In this document: piece by piece, positions 1-11,725 of the stretch | Numbering within the stretch: the first letter of the stretch is position 1 | How the letters are laid out: each line of letters starts with the position of its first letter | NCBI RefSeq assembly: GCF_006345805.1 | Contig: NC_043019.1 | Location: forward strand, 17,235,360 to 17,299,359 | DNA: 64,000 nucleotides | Direction of reading: 5' to 3' | From: Octopus sinensis | Lineage: Eukaryota | Made by a program: the position numbers and the translations under genes | The notes under the pieces: generated by a model | What the model was told of the DNA's origin: nothing | The model's input: only the letters and a program-made list of their open reading frames with translations | The model's database searches: none

Positions 1-533
1 ATAGCTTAGTGGTTAGGGGTTTCAGCTCACAATCACAAGGTCGTGAGTTCAATTCCTGGTGGCATGTTGTGTCCTTGAGCAAGACACTTTATTTCACGTT
101 GCTTCAGTTTACTCAGCTGACAAAAATGAGTTGTACCTTGTATTTCAAAGGACCAGACTTGTCACATTCAGTCTGACACTAAATCTCCTTAAGAACTACA
201 TTAAGCATGTCTGTGGAGTACTCAGCCACTTGCACATTAATTTCACAAGCAGGCTGTTCTATTGATTGGATCAACTAGAACACTCATTGTAACTGACAGA
301 GTGCCAGATTTTTTTTAATTTGGAAAATGATAAAATAAATTGAAGGATTTTGTCAAGTAACTTACTTTTTCATTATCAAGTTGGTGTGGGAACATAACTT
401 AGCAAAAAGTTCTTTCACAGAATTATAATAGGTTCCATTTTACGCAAAGACACTTTAAAATGATGGGTTTAAATGATGTACTTTCATGTGGACTGGTATG
501 AAAATGTGAAAAGAACTGGAACCACAGACTTAC

Positions 534-808
534 ATTGTAAAGGATTTTGTTTGATTAACAAAGTATTCAAACAGTCAAGGGTGTTGAAAACATCCATTGA
601 TTTTCCTGCTCTGATAATTGGTTCTAGAATAGTGTTCAAGAAATGGGGTGTCCAGTCATGAATGACATAAGCAACCTCACTGAAGGAACTCGTAGCATCA
701 TCTTTAACTTCGCTCTCAGGAACAGGACTCTGTGAGTTAGTATTAGAAAATTTTATGACAAGTGACTGTTCCCAGGATGTTTCATCAAGGGTCAACGGTA
801 TTTGACTT
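534..808 (-). CDS. TUBGCP5: TUBGCP5 exon 12 (...PHFLNTILEPIIRAGKSMDVF...)
   Basis: ttctag acceptor, gtaagt donor; GCP P.FL......I..AGKS motif. Confidence 0.9.
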
Positions 809-3800
809 CTAGAAAGAAAAAGAGAAAAACAGAGAAATCAGTGTATTTTTAAGTGTGAAATTAATGTGCAAGTGGCTGAGTACTCCACAGACATGCTTAA
901 TGTAGTTCTTAAGGAGATTTAGTGTCAGACTGAATGTGACAAGTCTGGTCCTTTGAAATACAAGGTACAACTCATTTTTGTCAGATGAGTAAACTGAAGC
1001 AACATGAAATAAAGTGTCTTGCTCAAGGATACAATTATCCAGTATTTAGCAATGTGTTTATTTTCCGGTATTCTGTGAGATAGCTGGCCTTGGAGAAATA
1101 TCTTGCCTGGAAACAGGCGAGGACTGGCACAAGGAAGGGCATTTGGCTACAGAAAATCTGCCTTAATAAGCTTCCATGCAAGCATGGAAAGGCAGTTGTT
1201 GAAAACAATGATGATCATGATCTACACACACAGAGGTTAAATAGAGTGAGACAACAAAGCCAAAGCAGCATGAAATTTCTAGGACATTTATAAAGAGAAG
1301 GGTAGCCTTACAGCTGTTTTGGGTATTTCATCAGAGTCGATGTGAGAGAGTTAAATAGAAGGAAATTGTAGAATTCATTATAAGAAGTTATTTTGGAAAG
1401 GGTGAGATACAGGAAGTACAAAGGGAAATATAAGAATAGAAATAAATATATATGTTGGATGTTAAACTTGGTGTTCCATTATCCAAAGAATGTCTTGTAC
1501 AGAATGGGTAAAAAGGCTTCTTGTCCCTGGTGTGTCGGTTCCAATAGGAGTTCACTATCCATTTGTAATAACAAAATATGAACTCTTATCGGAACCTACA
1601 TACCATGGACAAGAAGCCTTTTTATCCATTCTATACAACACATTCTTTGGATAATGGAACAAGTTTAACATCCAACATATATTTTGATTTTTTACTCTCA
1701 GATTTTCTTTTGTACTTCCTGTATCATATCTCACCCTTTCCAAAATAACTTCTTATTTTGAGTTGTGTCTGGGAGAGTCATTTTCTTTTTGTGCCTTATA
1801 ATGTAACACACTCACCAGTAAAATTTCCACTGATTTCTTATTTTCCTAAAATTTTTGTTGCGTCTTGCAACCGTCTGGCACCTATGCCGGTGGCACATTA
1901 AAAAGCACCCACTACACTCACGGAGTGGTTGGCGTTAGGAAGGGCATCCAGCCGTAGAAACATTGCCAGATCAGACTGGAGCCTGGTGCAGCCTTTTGGC
2001 TTCCCAGATCCCAGTTGAACCTTCCAACCCATGCCAGCATGGAAAGCGGACGTTAAATGATGATGTTGATGATGATTGACTCTGTCCATTATTTACAGTG
2101 CGTTCCCTTTTGTTTGTTTGTGCGCATGTGTGTGGGTCAGTGTGTGTGTGTGCCTATGCATGCATGCATGTGTGTATGTATGTTTGCATGTATATGTATG
2201 TATATATGTGTGTGTATATGAATATGTATATATGTATGTATGTGTGTGCATTTGCATGTATGTATATTGAACTCTCTCATGTGGTCTCTGATATTGTGAT
2301 ATCTTTTATATCCCCGAAACAGCTGTAAGACTACCTTTCTCTTTGTAAACATCCTAGAAATCGCACATTGCCTTGACTTTGTTGTCTCATTTTATTTAAC
2401 CAAAACATGCTCACACATGTCCCGCATTAGACTCCTCACTCATGCTATTATCAAACCAGGAGCCTAACAGTGGTCCTTCTGTAGCACTTACATAGCCTTA
2501 CCTGCCTTTTGGACCTTCTGGATGACAAAACCTCTTTTATATATTGTATATATACATATATATAGGCGCAGGAGTGGCTGTGTGGTAAGTAGCTTGTTTA
2601 CCAACCACATGGTTCCGGGTTCAGTCCCACTGCGTGGCACCTTGGGCAAGTGTCTTCTGCTATAGCCCCGGGCCGACCAATACCTTGTGAGTGGATTTGG
2701 TAGACGGAAAATGAAAGAAGCCCGTTGTATATATGTATATATATATAAGTGTGCGTGTTTGTTTGTGTGTCTGTGTTCGTCCCCCTAGCATTGCTTGACA
2801 ACCAATGCTGGTGTGTTTACGTCCCCGTCACTTAGCGGTTCGGCAAAAGAGACCGATAGAATAAGTACTGGGCTTACAAAAGAATAAGTCCCGGGGTCGA
2901 GTTGCTCGACTAAAGGCAGTGCTCCAGCATGGCCGCAGTCAAATGACTGAAACAAGTAAAAGAGTATATATATATATAAAATTTAAATACACACACACAT
3001 ATATATATATTATGTGAACCTTACCTTTGAATAATAAATTCTTTATGAAAATCCTGCAGCTGACCATTAGTGATCCATTCATCAATAATATTAATATAGG
3101 GTCGAATTGCATTAATCCATAAAGGAAAAGCTACGGAGAGCTATATAGAGAAACAACAATTAGGAAAAGTATTAGAAAACAATCAAGAGGAGGAGGGTAT
3201 TAGTGAAAAGCTCACAACATCACATTAATACAACCTTGTTTATAGTTACTAATCAAATATTATTTAATTAATTTGAGTTAATTTGCAAAAGGTAAAAACA
3301 AAAAAACAAAGATTTCAAACAGTCATCATCATCATCATTTAATGTCCATTTAATTCCCTGCTAGCAAGGGTTGGACAGTTTAATAGAATCCAATGAGCTG
3401 GAGGACTGCGTTGAGGCTGCAATGCCAGTCCTGGTATGGTTTTTAATGGCTGGTTGTCACCCCTTTTTAACACAAACCACTTTACAGAGTGATGGAGAGA
3501 CAGGTATGAGTGTATGAAGAGAAAGGTACAAGTGTCAGCCGTAGAGGAGTTCAATAGCTACTCTGAATCATACAAAGGTGGATGGAAGTAATTGGAAAGA
3601 AGGTAAAGGTGTTAGTGATCAGGTGTCAGAGTGTAGTCTCAAGGTGTAGACAGGTGAGGTTAAGAGAGAATGCAGAGAGAGAGGACTGGGAAGGAAGGAT
3701 GGATTGGTAGGTTCATAAGAGTGTGAGAGGAGAGTGGCAGATGGTTTAGAATTAGGGGCAGAGGTGAATGTAGGGAATGATGAACAAGAGTAGAGGGGTG

Positions 3801-6800
3801 GTTGATGGTAAATATCTAAATGGGGGGCGGGGGAGAAAGTAACAGAGAAAGGAGTAGTTCAGGAAGGGAGGAGAGCAAAACTATAATAATAAGCCTGTAA
3901 ATAGATAGATCAGAAAATAGGAAGGTGTAAGAGGTGGAAGAAAAGGGGACAGAGAGTGAGAGATAAGTACAGTGATAGAGATGGAGGTGAGAGATACAAA
4001 AGGTTGGCTATAGTGAGGACAAGTGTTGGGGGCTGTTGATGGGAGATATGAGAGGGTGTTAGTCCTAAAGTGTAGCTCAGAGGAGAGGGATACATGACTG
4101 GAGGCAGAAGAAAAGATGATTGGTGGAAAATAAAGTGGAGGAGATGATACTACTGAAAGCGAGGTTAGCGTGTGTGTGTAGAACAGTCTGGGCCCTGAAA
4201 GATTAAGGGAACAAATTACCTTACTTGAACACAAGTAAGAATTGGTAACTGGAAAGGCATCTAATCCTAGAACACTACCTCAACAAGCCTCACTCAACCC
4301 ATGCCAGCATAGAAAAAGCAGATGTAAAAAAGATGATGATGACGATGCACATTTTCAGTGTTTATTTTAGCACTGGACTGTGCTGTGAATATTGATTTCT
4401 TTATTAATTTGAAGAGGAGTCATATGTGCAGCATAGATGTGCTGTTTACTAATGTTTTCCTCTCTCATTTTGTTTTGTGTGCTGTCGTAAATGACAACTG
4501 CCTCTCCTTGTAAGCGGATGGTGAGCCAGTGGCAAAGTCTCATACTTCTATGATCCATACAGCAGTTGATGATGTCAAGTTCACAATCAAATTTGTAAAA
4601 TCACACTGGATATCTGTTGCTTGTCTGCAGGTTTACAAGCTTGTAGTTTCTTATGAAACAGAAAGATTTTTAATGGAAACGTTTTTTGCAAAGAGGTCGC
4701 AGCCATCTCAGCCAGCAGGACTTGCTACCCTGGACTGATGATGGGCAAGACCCAGAAACATGTCTCCAGGTGCTAATCCTAGCTGGTGGGGGTGCTTGCC
4801 TCCCCTTTGCAAATATAAGGACACAAGAAATATGTCAAAGCTGACAGGAAGCATCGATGCTTCCTAGGGCTAAATAGCGGTGGTGTGATTCCCTTTATGG
4901 GATTGTCAAGTTGTGTTGACAGTATACAACCACTTATATCATCACAAAGTTTTAGAGCAGTCAGCTGGCAGAATCCTTACTGTGTGGGACAAAATGTTTA
5001 GCAGCATTTTATCTGTCTTTATGTTCAGAGTTCAAAGGCTGCCTGGGTTGAATTTACCCTTCATCCATTTGGGTTCACCCTTCAAAATTGCTGGCCTTGT
5101 GCTGATAGTAGAAAGTATGATTAGAGTGTTTTGGTCTGATGCATTTTGTGTTCTGTTTTATGAGATTTTTGATTATGGTTTCATCTGTTCCGTAGTTAGA
5201 ATGCATTTGATCCACACAGCATGTTTTATGTTGTTCTGTTTATTTTTTAACAGCTGCAGTGTCTGATGTATTTCTACCTTTATTGTTCTGTGTGTGGAGG
5301 CGCAATGGCCCTGTGGTTAGGGCAGTGGACTCGTGGTTGTAGGATCACGGTTTTGAATCCCAGACCGGGCACTGTGAATGTTTATTGAGCGAAAACACCT
5401 AAAGCTACACAAGGCTCCGGCAGGGGTTGGTGGTGAACCCTGCTGTACTCTTTCACCACAACTTTCTCTCACTCTTTCTTCCTGTTTCTGTTGTACTTCT
5501 ATTTCAAAGGGCCAGCCTTGTCACACCTTGTGTCACGCTGAATCTCCCAGAGAACTATGTTAAGGGCACACATGTCTGTGGATTGCTCAACCACTTGCAC
5601 GTTAATAAATGAATTGCGATGTCACTGGTGCCAAGCTGTATCGGCCATTGCCTTTCCCTTGGATAACACTGGTGGTGTGGAGAGGGGAGGCCGGTATGCA
5701 TGGGCAACTGCTGGTCTTCCATAAACAACCTTGCCTGGACTTGTGCTGCAGAGGGTAACTTTCTAGGTGCAATCCCATGGTTATTCATGACCAAAGGGGG
5801 TCGCAATTGTTGGAAAATGTTTGTTATATTCTATGGATTCATTCATTGAGCACTTCATTAGTGGAAAAGAATCTAAATTATCATCTAATCAGGGATTTCA
5901 CCACTAATATTTGTATCCACGAAGGTAGTCATTGTCTTCATACAAGTACAAGTATTTATCTGTATATTAGATGTAGATAAACATGATCTAATTAATTAAT
6001 ATAAATAAACGTGATGTAACTTATTGTCGTTTTGAATGTCAATGACTGAAAATGAAGTCATTTTACAGCCGAGGGTTGTAGTGTTTTAAATGTTAAATTT
6101 TACAGAATTGTTTCCTTGGTCTTCCTTCCTTCAATAAGTTGCAGTGTGTCTTATATGATGAATATATCATCTGTGTATATTGTACGTTCATGTGTTGGTA
6201 TAATTTTGTTTCCTATTATGGTCATGTAGGAAGGCTCGACATATAATATTTCTACATCAAAAATAGTATATATTCCATACTTATTGTTGAAAATCTTTTT
6301 AAAAGATTTTGATAAAACTGAATCATGGAGGTGTTTAATTTGAAATATTTTTAATATCTTCTTTGGGAACAAAAGAAAAACATTACATTAAATACAATAA
6401 TAATTCTGATGACAGTGACTTACCAAATTTGTCTGATTCATGAGATGTAATTCCATCACTTTATCATAGAGACAGCTCAATAAAGCAGCCGCCTTTTCAC
6501 TACTGCTTTCAACTGATTTAAACTTCTGTACACCATTGACATAAATATCATAAACAAGCGTCAGTTTTTCAATCCAAGGCTCAAGATGTTTTTGTAGAAT
6601 AAGAATTGTAATTGCTGTCTCTGTTTGAAAAACAATCTCAATCTGAATATAAAATGCCTTCATATAAATATAAGCTTTACATAAGTTTTAAATAAAGATA
6701 CGGGAAGAAAACTTGTAACACTGTCAGGGGATAAGGCTTGTTAAGTGACTGTCATCCCTGTTTTTGTCCAGATGCAACACAACCATACTGGCAGTCATTC

Positions 6801-7924
6801 AGAGTGAAGGAGATTGAAGATAATTTTTATAAAAAAAGTATAAAATATATTCTTTTCTACTCAAGGTACAAGGCCCAAAACTTTCAGGCAGGGGTCAGTC
6901 GACTAGATTGACCCCAGTATGCAACTAGTACTTAATTTATCGATCCCAAAAGGGTGAAAGGCAAAGTTGACCTCAGCAGAATTTGAACTCAGAATGTAAA
7001 GACAGACGAAATACCACTAAGCATTTCACCTGGCGTGCTAACGTTTCTGCCGCCTTGGAGTATAAAATATATTGTTTCCTTTATTTTATTTTAATATGAG
7101 AAAATGGAAGAAAATAATACTAAAGATGACTTTACCAAAGCTAAAATTGATTCTTACTTTGTTTTTGTACATTCTGTTCCAACTTGCACAGCACTGATTT
7201 ATATTCATGTACAAATTGGTCAATAGAAAATGCAAAGGCTTCATAAGTCAAAGAATTGGTTTCTTTAGATTCTTGGATATTTACTGGTTTCTCAGAAACA
7301 GAATCAATGAATGACATCAGTTCTAATATCAGAGCACCTGCCTTCAGGAAAATATCCACATTATTCTCAAGTGCAATCTGCAAAACAAAAATTGTGTCCA
7401 GTTTTTTTAGAAAAAAATACTAAGAAAAATCTACTATTTTGAAGCATTTGGTAAAATAAGAATAAAATTATGCCAGCATGGAAAAACAGACATAAAAACA
7501 AATGATAAATTTTATCTATGTTTTATGATATGTTAACCATGTGTAGGAATTTTGATGGTGTGTATATGTGTTTGAGAGCAGATGAATAGTAAATTGCATG
7601 ATTTCATACATTGGTTTCTTAATTTGGAAGTTTCAACATTTTAAAGCATCTCTGAGTTTAATGTGTAAAGAAACATTTGCAAAAGAAAGTGCTCTTTTGA
7701 ACAGATGGATTTTGAATAGGAATACAAACTTGAAATATGATAGCTTAACATAAAAGACAGAAAAGATCTACTTGCAGAAAGACTAAGCCATTTTGATAGC
7801 AAAATGAACATCTGTCATATAAGGCCTACACATCATGATAGTAGTTTAGGGGAGATAAAATAACTAAGACATAATTGAACTCAGATTATTAATGATTTCT
7901 CAGAGTTAAGAAAAGCAAGGTATA

Positions 7925-7984
<60 letters not shown>

Positions 7985-10149
7985 CATCCCATAAATAATG
8001 CAGTTTTTTCAATTGCCTGAACTAAAAGTTGGATGGGGATGGGATAAACTACCTGCATCAACTTGCTATATAAGCAGGTAGTAACTTTACCTAGTTCTTA
8101 CTCTTAGTGCAAGTTTTGAAGAGTGCAATTCTATTTTAACAGTTATTTTTTCAAAAAGCTATTATGGAAGTGACAAAGGGGCATATTTTGTTCTACGAGT
8201 TTGTAGCAGAAGTGTAATGCCTTTATTATGTTTGGTTGTTTAAGCTTAAATACTGCAGAATGGGCTCATCAGATCTTTTCTTTCTATTGAGTCACATGAT
8301 CCAGTGGCTTGCCAAACGAGTTGCATGTATTGGTCAGTTACTAACTGTCCAATCACATGTTTGCAACAGTTTGTTTTCAATGCAGGAAAGACCACTTTGT
8401 TTCTGGAGCCTACCCAAGGTTATAAAATCCCTTGTGTTCTGTTTCACTTCATCTTTGGCAGCAGCCATTGACCATACACCACGTCTCTTTGGACCAGAAT
8501 TGATGAACCAGAAATCCAGTTTGTCTCACAGCTTTCTTCAACCAGCCTTCTCCAGTTTTCATCATAACCACAAAAGACAGCAGACCACAACCACATCAAC
8601 AGACCCAGTAGAACTGAAGTCATTTAAATCCTTGTTCCAGACTCTAATATAATCATCTTTCTCTTTTGGAAAGCTTACTTTTATAACAAGAGGAATAAAT
8701 TATCGCTTATTCGACTTATCCAAATCTTATCATTTGCTTCTTCTTTCTCCGTTATAAGTTCAATAAAGGCAACAACACAATAGAAAGTGCGAGGAATATT
8801 AATGTGGTATATGGGGATTGGAAAATAAGCGTAAGCCAGTGTCAAGAGTGGTTCTAGAAATTCTAAGCTGGAAACTAAAATCCCATTGTAACTGTTGAGG
8901 AACTAGCAGAGATACTTGGGTTTGATCACTCAACCATTCATCAACACCTGCATGCCATTGGAAAAGTCAGCAAATCGGGTCAATGGGTTCCTCACAAACT
9001 TTCTGAGTCTAATCGCCTGCAGAGAGTGAATGTGTGCTCTTCTTGGTTGCCATGTCTCATGAATGACCCTTTTTTGGACTGAATTGTGACTGATGATGAG
9101 AAATGGGTTCTCTATAAAAATGTCATGCACCGAAGACAGCGGGGAGGGAAAGGAGAAAGACCAGCACTTCAGGCTAAAGAAGGTCTTCACCCACGTAAGG
9201 TGTTGTTATCTGTTTGGTGGGACATGAAAGGTTTAGTCCACCTTGAACTTTTAAACCCAAACCTCACGATAACAAAGGAGATCTTCTATGAGCAGCTTGA
9301 GTCAGCATCTTAAGAAAAATGGCCATCTTTGGTTTCAAGACGAAAGGTGTTCTTCCATCAGGATAATGCTTGGCCATATACACCGAGGATGACATTCCAA
9401 AAGCTGGAGCAGTTTGAATGTGAAATGACGCCCCACCCACCATGAGAGGTTCCACCAGGACATATCTGAGATGGAAACAAGGTATCTAGGATAGTTCAAT
9501 CAACACATGATGGGTGACTACTGCTGGTTCCTACAACGGGAGACCAGCACCAACGCATAAGCGCTAGAGTAAGCGTCTCAAACATTTCTGAGCTGAGCTA
9601 ATCAAAAATAAAGTGAGTCTTCCCTTAACATAAATATACTATGTACCATTATATTATAATACTATTTGCCTTGAATATAAATTTACTAAATACAGTACTA
9701 TTATAATAAGTAATAATTATTTACCTTGAATTTAAATATTCCTGATTCTAATACAGTATTTATATATAATTATGCATGTAACTCAAAATCTTGACCCGCT
9801 ACAGCAATCCTGAATTCAGTTTAGTACAGTACCATTTGTCTGAGTAGCAGACAATAAATTGTTTTTTGTTAACCAGTGGTATCATTTATTCTGCAGTCTT
9901 CAAAATCATTTGGACAGAAAAAATATAAATTCTGTAGACGAGGTTAGAGCAGTACTGGAGGAATATTTTTCATTTCAGACAAGTGAATTTTGGAAGAGGA
10001 ACCTTCCAAGTCTACCAGAGAGATGGAAGAGCATTGTAGAAAATGAAGGAAAGTATATTTTAGATTTAAAAAGAACTTTGTTTATCTTAATTTTGAAAAA
10101 TAAAAGAAGTATAAAGAAACTGCATTATTTATGGGATGACCAAAGATAC

Positions 10150-10202
<53 letters not shown>

Positions 10203-11690
10203 ACACTTTTAAAACATTATGATGGAGACTTCTTCTGTCTGAAGGGAAATATCAGAATCCTCAATTCATTTGAAAATTTCCAAACTTGCGAATGAACAGA
10301 ATTAAAATCACTTACTTGAGAAAGATGTGTCAGTCGAATATTTTCTCGAAGTCTGTAGTTTGTTCCAGTATATTGAAATATAAAGGTGTCAGAAGTGCCA
10401 AGCAACATCCTACAAAGGAGAATATCATTGGAAAATAGTTCAAGTGAAAGAAGTAAAACACAAAAACTACTCAAAAAATTTCTGTATTTTTTCAAAAGTA
10501 TCAGAAGGATTAAATACAGCTGCTTGTGTGTGTGTGTGTGTGTGTGTAAATACACAAACGAAAGAACAAAAATAAAACAACAGAAAAAAAGACAAAAAAT
10601 ACTAGGTGAATCACGAATTAAAAAAAAAAACCCAACTTATTTCATCAAAACTAAACATTCAGGATGTTCCAAATCAAGAGATACAAAATGAAACTTGGAA
10701 CTTATGTTGGATGGCATGTAAATGCTTTCCAAGTGAAATCACTTAAAAAACAAAATTTGTCTGAATATTTTCACTGAAATATGAAATTGTAAAACTGGAC
10801 AGTTTTCAGTAGTTTGGTAATACTTGACCACAAGGGGTTTCAGGAAAGGGTTAAACACGTCTACTATGTAAAAACATTATATATGTGTGTGTGTGTGTTC
10901 TGGCAAAGAAAAAAAAATGCAAATATATCTACACACATACAGACTAATCAAATCCTAATCAAAGTGGAACCAAGAATTATAACAATGTCCAGCAAAGCTT
11001 AATCTACCTTAAATGCCTGAAAAACATGAAATTGGTAGTTACCATTTATTAGCTTTCTATGAGTGGGGACTGTACAACAATCCAGAACCAAGAAATAAAT
11101 CTAAATGTAAAGGCTGAAACATATGATAAAATCATAGAAAAAAGCAGTGAAAAAGAAACACACCATATTATTTCACGAATGATTTGGCTTTCAGTCACAG
11201 TTTGTTTATTTTTAAATGGATAACTTCTGTCATCATAGAGTTCCCTGAAAGTAAAATTCAAGAGCATAAATATCATTCATCACGGAAGACTTGGAAATAT
11301 TTTAAACAGCTTAAACTCACATATTTTTAAAGAAGAATTTTGCCTCTATTTCCACACACTCACAACATATTCTGCATATTTAGATATTTTGCAATAAATA
11401 CTAATGACAGTATTTTATAAAGGTAAATTGTTTGGAAAGAAAACAAAAAGTAGAAAAGAAACTGCAAAGATAAAAGTAGGAGAAAGAGTAGAAGTTGTGA
11501 GGTAAATTTATGTAAATTTATGCACATAGGTGCAGGAGTGGTTGTGTGGTAAGTAGCTTGTTTACCAACCACATGGTTCCAGGTTCAGTCCCACTGCGTG
11601 GCACCTTGGGCAAGTGTCTTCTACTATAGCCTCGGGCCGACCAAAGCCTTGTGAGTGGATTTGGTAGACGGAAACTGAAAGAAGCCTGTC

Positions 11691-11725
<35 letters not shown>

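Larger units (their letters stand above)
7982..10141 (+). mobile_element. Decayed mariner transposon with two nested insertions
   Basis: TIRs ggtcatcccataaataatgcagttt / aaactgcattatttatgggatgacc; WVPHKL, IVTDDEKWVLY, HPRKVLLSVWWD, FHQDNA, YHLFCSLQNHL. Confidence 0.9.

Noticed and set aside
6151-6372. 73-aa minus ORF next to TUBGCP5 exon 10
   Set aside because: Exons 10 and 11 join in phase and match GCP5 without it; AT-rich with no recognisable motif
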